A DNA stretch of 64,000 nucleotides, from positions 3,286,001-3,350,000 of the forward strand of contig CM120642.1 in the NCBI GenBank assembly GCA_051362555.1, read 5' to 3'. This stretch comes from Lingula anatina. Lineage: Eukaryota; Animalia; Brachiopoda. The translations under genes and the position numbers were made by a program. Below are positions 54,084 to 64,000 of the stretch, piece after piece. How positions within the stretch are numbered: the first letter of the stretch is position 1; every line of letters begins with the position of its first letter. The notes under the pieces were generated by a model. It was not told where the DNA came from. It did not search any database and saw only the letters and a program-made list of their open reading frames with translations.

Positions 54084-54216
54084 GTACACAGCAAGTTCAG
54101 GGACAGTTGGAAGAGCAGCCAAGGAAAATAAAAGTGATCTCCCTCTAGTACGTCTCAAGGCACGCTACCAGACTGTACAGATATTACCCATGGATACATA
54201 TCAAGAATTTATTCAG
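54084..54216 (+). CDS. RasGAP exon, end of C2 (YTASSGTVGRAAKENKSDLPLVRLKARYQTVQILPMDTYQEFIQ)
   Basis: tttgtag acceptor, CAG|GTAAAA donor, phase 2 to 0. Confidence 0.95.
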
Positions 54217-54224
54217 GTAAAAGA

Positions 54225-54227
<3 letters not shown>

Positions 54228-54278
<51 letters not shown>
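54228..54278. repeat. (TC)n microsatellite
   Basis: About 25 units, starting 11 nt after the donor at 54216. Confidence 0.95.
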
Positions 54279-54284
<6 letters not shown>

Positions 54285-54917
54285 GTGCATGTGCGCGCCT
54301 GTATGTGAGTGTGTCTGAGAGAGAGAGACAGAGGGAATTCTAAGAACTTTTGGCCACCTGTGTTGGAAAGGGCAACCATCTGCTGACACATTCCTGTTAG
54401 TTTGAAATGACAAAGATGAATGTCAGGACTCCATGTGATGAAGGGCAGAGGGTTCAACTGACCTTACAGTTACCTGTTAAGAAAAGCTGCAAATAGTTTT
54501 GTATGATAAAAGAACCAACGCTTCTAAAAGTAAAAATACAACGTGTATGAACATGCATTGATGGAAGGTGTGACATACAGATAAAGTGGTGGATAATTTC
54601 TGTTTTTTTTTTATTTTTTTATTTTTTTTATTTTATTTTATTTTATAGAGGTAAAAAAAAAAAAAGAATGTGAATTTTTTTCTTGCCATTTTTGAATGGA
54701 GCACTGTGGTAGCTAATTTATACATATGGGAAAGCAATCAATGTGTTCCGATACCAGACACACACCAAGACTGAAACATCTTAGCAATTCTGAGGATCAA
54801 TGCATTTGTGTGCTACAACTTGTCACACTTATATAGTCCCATTAAAATCTTCTCAGGCTATAATTCAGCCAAACATACAACTGTGTAAAGTTTCATCCAG
54901 TTGTTCTCCTATTCCAG

Positions 54918-55080
54918 TACCTGAGCACAGACTACATGTGTCTGGTGGAGGTTCTGGAACCAGTGATCAGTGTCAAGGCCAAGGAGGAGATCGCCATGTC
55001 CATGGTGAGGATCATGCAGAGACTGGGGAAAGCTGACCACTTTCTGCCAGACATTGTCATGGGAGAGATTGATAAGCTGG
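54918..55080 (+). CDS. RasGAP exon (YLSTDYMCLVEVLEPVISVKAKEEIA...VMGEIDKL)
   Basis: attccag acceptor, G|GTGAGT donor, phase 0 to 1. Confidence 0.95.
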
Positions 55081-55441
55081 GTGAGTTGGTAGACTGTTCA
55101 TCATCCAGAAAATTAGTTTCTATGTGGAAGAAGTAATATGCAAAAAATATATAAATAAAAATAAATAGGTAAATAGAAAGTAATATGCTGTAAAAGAATC
55201 AACATATATGTAGTCAGAATTTTACTTTTGAACATGAAATCTTATTAACTGTGTGGTTATTTCTGGAATTTCGTATCAGTTCTTATATCAACATTCAAAA
55301 TCTCGTGCTTAAACTTGTGAATTTGCTGTGACAAATTGTACTAGTCTTTTGTAAAGTAATAAACCAGAGATGTTTTGACTAGGGTTATAATGATTCTCAT
55401 CCTATATGTTATTGCTTAAAAAATGACTTTTTGAACTACAG

Positions 55442-55521
55442 ATAATGAGCACCTTACATTCCGTGGGAACAGCATTGCAACCAAGTCTATAGAAGCATAC
55501 ATGAAGTTAGTGGGAGAGAAG
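55442..55521 (+). CDS. RasGAP exon with the arginine finger ([27 protein letters not shown])
   Basis: ctacag acceptor, AAG|GTAGGG donor, phase 1 to 0; FRGNS catalytic motif intact. Confidence 0.96.
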
Positions 55522-55733
55522 GTAGGGGGCAGCACTATCCCTCTAAAATTATCAAAAGATTAAAAGATACACTTCCAGAAACTGCAAAATTTTAAAAATG
55601 CAAATGTCCAGAAACTGCAAAATTTAAAAATCCATATCTCTTTAAAATATCAAACATTTCTCACATGTTGATAGAATATAAGGAAAAATGGCACAAAATG
55701 TTTGCTAACCTCAAAATTATTCCTCCATTTCAG

Positions 55734-55912
55734 TATCTACAAGATACACTGGGTGAATTTGTTCGCTCTATGTTGGAGTCCACAGACGACTGTGAGCCTG
55801 ACCCCACCAAGGTCACCAACAACAATGTCCTCCAGCGCCATCAGGCCAGCCTGGTGATGTATTGTGAGATGGCCTGGGTGAAAATTATCAACTCCGCATG
55901 TTATTTCCCAAG
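55734..55912 (+). CDS. RasGAP exon (YLQDTLGEFVRSMLESTDDCEPDPTK...INSACYFPR)
   Basis: tttcag acceptor, AG|GTAAGG donor, phase 0 to 2. Confidence 0.96.
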
Positions 55913-56324
55913 GTAAGGGACCTCATACACATTAAATCTGATTATTTGAGTTCACTTTGACTTAGTAAGTAAATGGTAACTTATATAATTAGGACAAGGA
56001 AAGTGGAAATTGTTTTTCTGTTTTTCGCCAAAGTTGTCTCTGGTGTAGTCCAAATTTTGGTTTCCTTCAAAAATTCTTGCAGTTATTTGACCAAAATAAT
56101 AACATTTAAGTGATATGATCTCAACTTTTAGTTGTTTTTCCTGAAAATATCCAATTGAAAAGGGATTTGAATTTTGTGAATAACACACAATGAGTGGTTG
56201 TCGGGGAAAGTTATCATAAAAAATTGAAAAGACAACACAGATAAAGTTACACAAAAAGATTCAAGGTAAATAGATGGTGTGTATTCAGAACATTTAATAT
56301 TGTAATTTTATTTTATAATTATAG

Positions 56325-56473
56325 AGAGCTGAAGGATGTGTTTGCACAATTTCGAGATCGCTGTGTGAACAGAAAGAGAGAAGATGTTAGTGATAATCTG
56401 ATCAGTGCCTCCATTTTCTTGCGCTTCCTCTGTCCTTCCATCATGTCCCCCAGTTTATTTGGCCTCACACAAG
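56325..56473 (+). CDS. RasGAP exon with the FLR motif ([10 protein letters not shown]...[25 protein letters not shown])
   Basis: ttatag acceptor, G|GTTTGT donor, phase 2 to 1; RasGAP signature FLRFLCP. Confidence 0.96.
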
Positions 56474-56715
56474 GTTTGTATGATATCAGCTTTGTATGAT
56501 AAAAGAAAATTAATGAAGAAGAAAATACAATAATAAAAATGCATTTGGTAGACTTGTCACATATTTTGCTAAATCTGATAATGTCATGTAATTTGCCAAA
56601 TCTGATGATGCAAAAAAATTTTAAAAAGTAAAGCACCTTCACTGAGGTGGGTACTAAACAAATGAACAGTTAGTTATTATTGTTATTATATATTTTATTT
56701 TGTTTTATCTTACAG

Positions 56716-56791
56716 AATTTCCGCAAGACAAAGCGGCTAGAAATCTGACACTTATAGCAAAAACTATACAAAATCTGGCAAACTTTACAAA
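56716..56791 (+). CDS. RasGAP exon ([26 protein letters not shown])
   Basis: cttacag acceptor, AA|GTAAGT donor, phase 1 to 2; KxxQNLAN motif. Confidence 0.96.
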
Positions 56792-56962
56792 GTAAGTTGA
56801 ATCCTCTTATTGCAAAAAACTTTGTATGCAAAAAAATAATGCCATGTAAGAGATCAGATAATATAAAAGGTAGTCAGATTTATACTGTTGATCACAAAAA
56901 GATAAACTGAGGGAAAACCACTCTGTCTGTACAGTTGTATGGTATTATATTTAATTTTGTAG

Positions 56963-57053
56963 GTTTGGTGGAAAGGAGGAATACATGGTGTTCATGAATG
57001 ATTTTGTTGAGAGAGAATGGGGAACAATGAAGCAGTTCCTGACCAAAATCTCA
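56963..57053 (+). CDS. RasGAP exon ([30 protein letters not shown])
   Basis: tttgtag acceptor, TCA|GTAAGT donor, phase 2 to 0. Confidence 0.96.
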
Positions 57054-57326
57054 GTAAGTAAACTTTGTAAACACGTCCAGGATGTATTCTTTATGTCTTT
57101 TGATTAACTTATGTTTCACCTTGAACGGATTTAACTATAAAGGTGCCTCAGATGAAAAAATGACCCATTCTCTGGTTTAAGTTTTATGTGCTACACACTG
57201 TAGGCTGTAAAAAAAGGCTTGATTTAAAGGCTAAAGTAAGTGATATCCAGGACTTGGGTTCAGGATCTCTGTAATGTGTAGATAGATGTCCAGGACATAG
57301 GATCTAAAATTGTTGTTCTATTCCAG

Positions 57327-57437
57327 AACCAGGAGAAGGCCCCAGAGCTGATGGAGTATGATGGCTACATTGACCTGGGTAAAGAACTGTCCATTATGCA
57401 CTCCTTACTGGTGGAGAGTCTGGAAAAGTTAAATGAG
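57327..57437 (+). CDS. RasGAP exon (NQEKAPELMEYDGYIDLGKELSIMHSLLVESLEKLNE)
   Basis: ttccag acceptor, GAG|GTATGG donor, phase 0 to 0; GYIDLG.ELS motif. Confidence 0.95.
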
Positions 57438-57642
57438 GTATGGTGGTGCTGAGTGAAAAATAATGCCAAATTATTTCTAAATATAATGTTGAAAGGATTC
57501 ATCAGTTATTTAATTAGAATGGACGAATTCATACCCAGATTGTCAAAACTGTTATATAACAAACTTTGTTTATAAAAAAAACATTTGATTTTCATATGAA
57601 GGTTTACCACAAGCAGAAATAAATGTCTCTCTCTCATTTCAG

Positions 57643-58986
57643 GCCACAGAAATCAAGTTAGCCAGGCTGCGCACCATTTTGGCCACAGTGTCTGAAGCTT
57701 TAAAGAACCCTGAGCCAACTCCCAAAAAACCTGCCCTAAATAACGTCCAGATATATGACAATCTGATGAACATTAACAATGGGCGTCAGGTGCACACAGA
57801 AATGCACACGCAGGAAAACATTATTCACACAGCGGTGCCTTCGTCGCCGTATACGAACCAGGCTGGAAACAGGAGGCCTGTTGCACCAGATCTGAACTCA
57901 ACAGACGATTATGTTTTATTTCACGATTTCAAAGAAAATTCACGGAGGTTTGACGTCTCATCAAGAACAAATGTTACTGCTGAAAGGTCAGTCGTTGACC
58001 AATCATGGAATGACATTTTGCATGCTGCGGAACTAGTCAATGGGGAGTATGTGGACCTGATATCTTACATGGATGATGTGGTTGGGGAGGAAAAAAGAGG
58101 ACGGGCCACAACAGACCAAAATATGAAGGGCAGCCAAACGTCCATTAGTCAGCTGTCCACGGTGGCGTCTTCTGGGTATCAGTCGTTTGGGTACAGTCAG
58201 TCCAGCTCCCCCGTGGACTCTCTGGTACCCAATGATGGAGACAACGGAAAGTCTCCTCCATTAGCCCAGCCTCTGTCCTTTGCCAACCCAATGTATCACC
58301 ATAAACATGCCCAGTCCACACCAAAATGTAGCACACCTCGTAGAGACTCCAGTGCTAGCTCTCTCAGCAGCATGGATGAGAAAGACTCAATATCAAGTAG
58401 ACAGTTAGTTACCAAACAAACTACAGGTAAACCATACACACCCCAGCAAGTAAGGGCTTCAACACAAAGGGTTATGGTTAGTTCCAGCAGTAGTGAGTCT
58501 ATAGCCACCCCGCCACGGGATCGGCGCCAGGTCAGAAAACCTCCTATGGAGTCCCCCTCTCACTATGCAAGGGTGAACCCTTCACCAAAAGTTGAAAAAT
58601 CAATTCAGAATGGACAGTCTGCACTTGAATGCAAACCGGCCTCGTTTAATGACCTAGCACTTCAGTCACTTATTCTTTCGCAGAGCCATGACTCTAGCTT
58701 GATGGGAAGGAAGAGGTATGAACTTAGGCGAACTGCCACTGACACTTCAATATCATATCGACAGCCTCCTTCTGCAAAAGAGCAGCCAATAGTACCATCT
58801 TCAATGTCAATGCAAACTATGCCCACATCAACATCACCAGATGACTCACTGTCTGCAAAGTCCCCTGACAGTCCACGCGGGGTTACGTCTCCAAGCAGGC
58901 GGCCATCTTTACCTCAGACAGGCGTACACATGGGCATACGATCTGTGCAGAGGAAGATTAATGATCAGGATAAAACAAAGATTGAG
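57643..58986 (+). CDS. Large RasGAP exon, Ser/Pro-rich and probably disordered region (448 codons)
   Basis: catttcag acceptor, GAG|GTAAAC donor, phase 0 to 0; matches the 450-aa ORF in the track and contains [20 protein letters not shown]. Confidence 0.95.
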
Positions 58987-59130
58987 GTAAACTTAACTTT
59001 ATTTATCATTAATAGTGGGAATATTTATTAACCGTTGAACTGATGAGGTTATTCATGGTTCTGTTGTAGTGTTTTATGACTATGGAAAATTTAATGAATT
59101 TTAACCTCATTCTTCTTTGTTTTGATCCAG

Positions 59131-59333
59131 TATGAGCATGAGCTGAACCACTTGAGGCAGCAGCTTTTTGAAGCAGAGCGAAGGTTGCGGGAGGCGGAAG
59201 AGCAACTGAGCGGACATGCTGAACATGACCAACAGGTGGCGCAAGAGTGGCAGAAAAAGCTGGAGGAGAGTGAGGAAAAATTACGCCAACAGCAGGCTGA
59301 AAAAGACCAGCAAATGAAAAATATAATTCAAAG
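59131..59333 (+). CDS. RasGAP exon, coiled coil (YEHELNHLRQQL...EKDQQMKNIIQR)
   Basis: gatccag acceptor, AG|GTGGGT donor, phase 0 to 2. Confidence 0.95.
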
Positions 59334-61923
59334 GTGGGTAATATATAAATAATGCTTTTATCCATTTTGAAATCTCTGTCCTTTGATATTTATATATTGA
59401 GACTCACAGGTTTTTCTCTCTGCTTTGTGGTGCAGGGCCTTTGAGATATGGGTGTCAGTCAGCAAAATGGACCTGCTGAATTTTCAAAAAAAAAAAAACA
59501 ATATTTGGAATTTTGAACTCCTAACTCCTCTGAAAACCGGTTGTTTTGAAATACTATCAAGCATGTGCAGAATGAGTACATGGCTTTAAAAATTGATACC
59601 AAAACCAATGATTCAGAGGTTTTAGGTTATGGTGGGTTTGTGATGAACCTGGGCTTCAGGTGCCAGTCTGCCATTCTATTTGTTTTAAAACTTTTTGTAT
59701 AATTTGTAGACTTGCAGTAAAAGTAGCTTAGCCTTTAGTGTTAACATGTCTTTTGTATAAAGTCTTGGAAGATGGAGCTTATATACATAGCTGCAGCATG
59801 GAATTTTGCATGTGCTTTCTTTTTTTGTGTGTTCAGTGCTGTTGTTTATTTTCAGAGAAGACTGCCTTGATCATCTCCTCTCTTCCTTATTGTATCAACA
59901 TACAGGCTGAAACTAACCTAGTGATAAATGGCTAACTTTGTATGCTAGATGTAAGTCTTGATGCATGCGTCACTGTGGGTGCTGTTACATGCTTCAAACA
60001 TCACCCCCTCATTTTAGTAAGCTTCTCAGAGTATTCTCAAAACAGTATTCCTTAAAGTGAAGATAATTGGTGGAATAGAGGGATGCACTGAAAAAGATTT
60101 AAAAAAAACAAGAAATGGGAAAGCCTTTTTAGATTTGCAGAGGAGAGATGTTTGAAGCAAGAACAGGAAATTGTGTGAAACTTTCTTAATGCATTTGGGT
60201 GCAATGTGGATGTTTCTAGACTAAGAAGATGAATCCAGAAGAATGTTTTAAGATGTTTCACACAATTCTGTCCAGCAAATGTTTTTGGTTTTGTTTGCAC
60301 TGCATGATTAACCTGAAGAATGGTGGAAAAACTTGCATACTTTTTCACCTCCCTTTATTGTAGATAATTGTTTTCAATTATACTAACTGCACGATTTTTA
60401 AAAGTTTGACATTGACCATATTTTTGTTGTTTTCTTCACAAAAAGCAACTCCGGCACATGCACAATGGTAAGAATTCCTTGTTGCCATGGTTTTGTACTT
60501 TTGTTGCCATGGTAGCTGATCACCGTTGTTAATTATTTCTATGTTGCTATGGTGCCTTTGTTGTGGTTATTAGAGGGTTTTTAATATATAAGCTATGTAT
60601 GCATTATTTTTAGTTGCATTGTTCTGCTCTGTTAAAGATATCTACTCCCTCTCCCACCCCCCACCCCCACCCCCCACCCCCCAAGCCCCAACCCAAACCT
60701 ATATTCATACAAAAAAGTTATGGCAACTCAACCAATCTGTCTCTTAAAATATGCAACATTTATTTCTGAATGTAAACTATTCTTTTTCACACAAGATCTT
60801 GTGCATTGTTATTTCTTTTTCCCTCCAATATTTTTGTGGAAATCTTGAGGATCAAATGTCCAACCAAATATTGAAGGGGAAATATTGAATGGTTTTTCAT
60901 TCATTTGATATTACACATTTATACATGCATACTGTCTCTTTGTTTGAACTGCATATTGCATGAGTTTTTCTTAATTGCAACATTTCTTTGAAACACACTG
61001 TACAGAGTTTATTCTTTTTGTGAGTTACAAGATTGGTGTCTTGTCAGTGACTTTTGTCTTTCTTTTTCCATTTGTGCCAGAGTTTATATTTATTTATTTA
61101 TTCATTTATTTATTTGTTTGATGATTACTTCTGAAAATTTTTGTGCCAATTTGCATCATGATTTTTCCTACTTTTTTGTGGTATAACATAACCGTCAAGA
61201 TATTGTTATGCTTGAAAAAGTACTTAAAATGTTTGTTTCAACAATATCTTGGTTTGTCTATACTTTAAAATCATTTTCAAGATTTTGGATGTTTTCCATG
61301 TTAGATAAACTTTCAGAGCTTTGCATGCTGAGACCTTCTGTTTAACTACATTTTGTCATCTAACTCAAGATGTCCATTTGATTTCCCACAAATACATTTC
61401 ATATAGCATGTTGATTTGTTTGTATATTGAAGTCCTGTTTTGTTTCTTTTGTCTTTAAAAAATAATAAGGGGTGGGGACATCATTTGAAGGAATAAACAA
61501 ATAAATGCACACAAATTCTCCTACGTATTGCTTAATTAGTCATAGTCATCTAAGTGTAGAGTGTGGCGACCTAAAGCTTAATCTCAAAAAATGCTTATAA
61601 AACTTTTCTAGAAAAATCAGAATCTTTTTAAAAAAGGTCTCCAGGTTCATATAAATATTAATAATAATTAATGTAAAACAGAACATCCATTATGCAATAT
61701 CTAAGGATTTTTCAATAAGTCATTCAAATAAAAGTATAATAGAATTATGGTATTTACTCTCATCAGAAGCATGTGTTAGCCAAAACTTAAATTCAGTGTG
61801 AAGTCCTGCAGCAGCAAACTTTTGCTTTGTTTGTGTTGCACAGTTTGATGAATTTCTTCATAAAATCTGTCAGGAAATCATTTCCAAACACTGGTGTAAA
61901 TTATTTTTCCATTTGAATTCTAG

Positions 61924-62179
61924 GTTGATTAGTGTGGAGGAGGAATTGCGCAGAGAGCACGCTGAAATGCAGAAGCTGGTCACGCAGAAACAAAAAATTG
62001 TCGAAGCACAAGAGCGGCGCATTCAGTCCCTGGACTCTGCAAACACGCGCCTCATGACAGCCCTGAGCCAGCTGAAGGAAAGGTACCAGGGAGTTGGAAA
62101 AAATGGCGTCATATCCCCTGGAACCACCAGGGCCAAGTTTGCGCTGTCTGACGCGGACTTCAAGACAAGCTCTTGTTAA
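61924..62179 (+). CDS. Terminal RasGAP coding exon ([16 protein letters not shown]...[10 protein letters not shown])
   Basis: ttctag acceptor in phase 2, TAA at 62177-62179; the C-terminus resembles the RASAL2/DAB2IP-type ending. Confidence 0.96.
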
Positions 62180-64000
62180 CATTCTACATTGCACAAGATG
62201 AGAAAAGAAAAGTACCATTTAGTGTACAATATCTGGATTATTTGAAGATGGACTTTGGTCCCACGTCTGTTCCATCCACCTTCTTCAAACCCAGTTTAAA
62301 AGTTTTCACTGCAAAAGATGGTTAATGACAGTTTTTCAAACTGAGAATCTTCTAAGATTCTGAAATCATATCTTAACGTGAAACCCTTAACTGTTTAGAG
62401 GGCAAAGTATGTTGCAGAAATCATCTTCGAACACTTATGTGAGGATTATCAGACTTTTCTGCATTTCAATGGATGTTTAACAGCAATTTGCAATTATAAG
62501 AGCTGGACTCGAAGTTGAAAAATTGTCCAAAGGTTTCGTTTTCTTTCCAAAAGGTTCATGCAAAAAAAAGAGAAACAAATTAAGAAAATTATAATTGGGA
62601 AATGCTATTGTTATGCACTTCTTCCAACAATATGGCAAACATCAGCGGGAGATATTCGTACATTTTCACAAAGAGAGAAGAAAATTGTCCATTTCACAGT
62701 TGCCTTATTCAGTGTTTTATATGTAGATATATTTGCCCGTAGATCTGATGTGAATATTAAGAAATCAAAATGTCATACTTAATACTGTGTGTGTGTCGTA
62801 AGCTTTAGTGTCACACGCTGACATGTACAATCAGTGTCAGCGTTTGTCAACAGCACTGCCATTGAAATTATTGTGCAATATTATTTACCAAGTAACGGCG
62901 GGTTTTGTTTTTCATTTGGTGCTAAAATTATGTCTAGTTTATTATATGCAATTTGTATAATGATCTTTGAGGAATAGTTTATGCCTTATCAGTTCTGAAA
63001 TGAAAATTATTTCGAACCATATGTTAGTATGAGATAAGTAAGATGGGCATCAGAATTTCTGTAGCGAAAAAATATGATTTGCCGATTAGTTCCCAGGATA
63101 AAAAGAAAATAAGCTGTTCCCAAGCAATGGTATCTTGTTTAGAAAGCTGCAAATAATTGTAATTATACGTACATGTTCAATTCTACGCAATGTGTTCAGA
63201 AGGTATGGGCTATTTCCCTGCTAGTGTTCAAGGTCTTTCTATATGTATATAATAATGTTGTTAATGTAAATTTTGTCACAAACTATGCTGCATGTACATG
63301 TGTATGGGCAACGCTGGTACTTGAAACAGAGTGCATTGTGTTTGCAACAGAGCTGTGAAGACTTGAAAGTCTATCAAACCCAGTTTATATCTGTTTTTTA
63401 TGGATAGAAGACTTTGTAAAGAAGAACTGGCCTTAACAATGCTGTGTCTTATCTAGGGTGTGTGAGTCAGGTCACTTGTAACTTACCCCTTTCACTCCTC
63501 ACTCCTTTCATTCCCCACCCTGTGCACATTTCACACTGAATTCGACAAATAGATATCTTCATTTTAAGATTTCTCTTTTACTTTGTAGAACAATAACATT
63601 GACAAATTGTTTGTGCGTTAGTTAAAATTTGGTTGTTACTTTAACCCAAAGCATACTTCCCTAGTTATCAAGGTACCAATAGACACATTTGGGTCAGGTT
63701 TTTTTTATAGAAGTCTTCACTGGTCATTCCATCCTCCATAAACAGCATCCAACTTAATAGAAAGCCTTTTCACAATAGGTCTAAAGTTTTTTGGACTTAG
63801 CTTAGACGGCTTAATTATGAAAAGCCAACTTTGTTGCATTAGCCCCTTGTGTTTTACCAATGATTGGTCCTCACAATCAATGTAATGAGAGATTTAGTCA
63901 TCTATGGAGAGGAAAAAGCCATTGACAAGACAATCACAATTTGCATAAGGGGCCTCAGTGAAAAGACAGAACCCTTTTGGATTCTTCTTCAAAGCCAATT
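62180..64000 (+). other. Probable 3' UTR of the RasGAP gene, end not determined
   Basis: Follows the stop codon. I saw no AATAAA on the + strand up to the window edge, so the UTR may run past it or use a variant signal. Confidence 0.5.

Larger units (their letters stand above)
13158..62179 (+). other. Gene span: Ras GTPase-activating protein of the SynGAP/DAB2IP/RASAL2(nGAP)/raskol family; about 1226 aa using the 13158 first exon
   Basis: 19 exons joined at GT-AG sites give 3681 nt (1227 codons including the stop) with every phase matching. Motifs: SRSHESLL and HSSILGQDHCFQV (PH), [16 protein letters not shown] (C2), FRGNSIATK and [12 protein letters not shown] (RasGAP), [24 protein letters not shown] (coiled coil), C-terminal FKTSSC. 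Further upstream exons may lie outside the window. Confidence 0.96.

Noticed and set aside
54209-54457. Minus-strand ORFs with ERERER tracts, also 35534-35728
   Set aside because: Translation artefacts of (CT)n microsatellites.
55573-55635. Imperfect duplication of about 33 bp (TCCAGAAACTGCAAAATTT..) in a short intron, and an 18-bp duplication near 27724-27757
   Set aside because: Ordinary local slippage duplications with no sign of function.
58145-62218. Antisense ORFs overlapping the last RasGAP exons
   Set aside because: Shadows of the sense coding sequence with no independent coding signal.

Overview
AT-rich, CpG-poor eukaryotic DNA, probably from an invertebrate animal (a lophotrochozoan such as a mollusc is a guess). 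Almost the whole window is one + strand, multi-exon gene of the SynGAP/DAB2IP/RASAL2(nGAP)/raskol RasGAP family (PH, C2, RasGAP, long Ser-rich region, coiled coil, ending FKTSSC*). I traced 18 shared coding exons (15097-62179) with GT-AG boundaries and consistent phases; with the first exon at 13158 they give a 1226-aa ORF. Four phase-compatible candidate alternative first exons sit at 13158, 13862, 24187 and 31603, and the first two lie beside RFX X-box palindromes. The last intron has a TGCATG cluster and candidate small exons at the junction where vertebrate SynGAP-beta diverges. Introns carry a 3.0-kb internally deleted ISL2EU-type DNA transposon (SAP/YqaJ gene and convergent THAP-transposase gene, AT target duplication), a 962-bp MITE with 110-bp inverted repeats and a 5-bp duplication, a 20-bp minisatellite and several microsatellites. 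No rRNA, intact tRNA or CRISPR array was seen. All calls come from manual reading without database searches.
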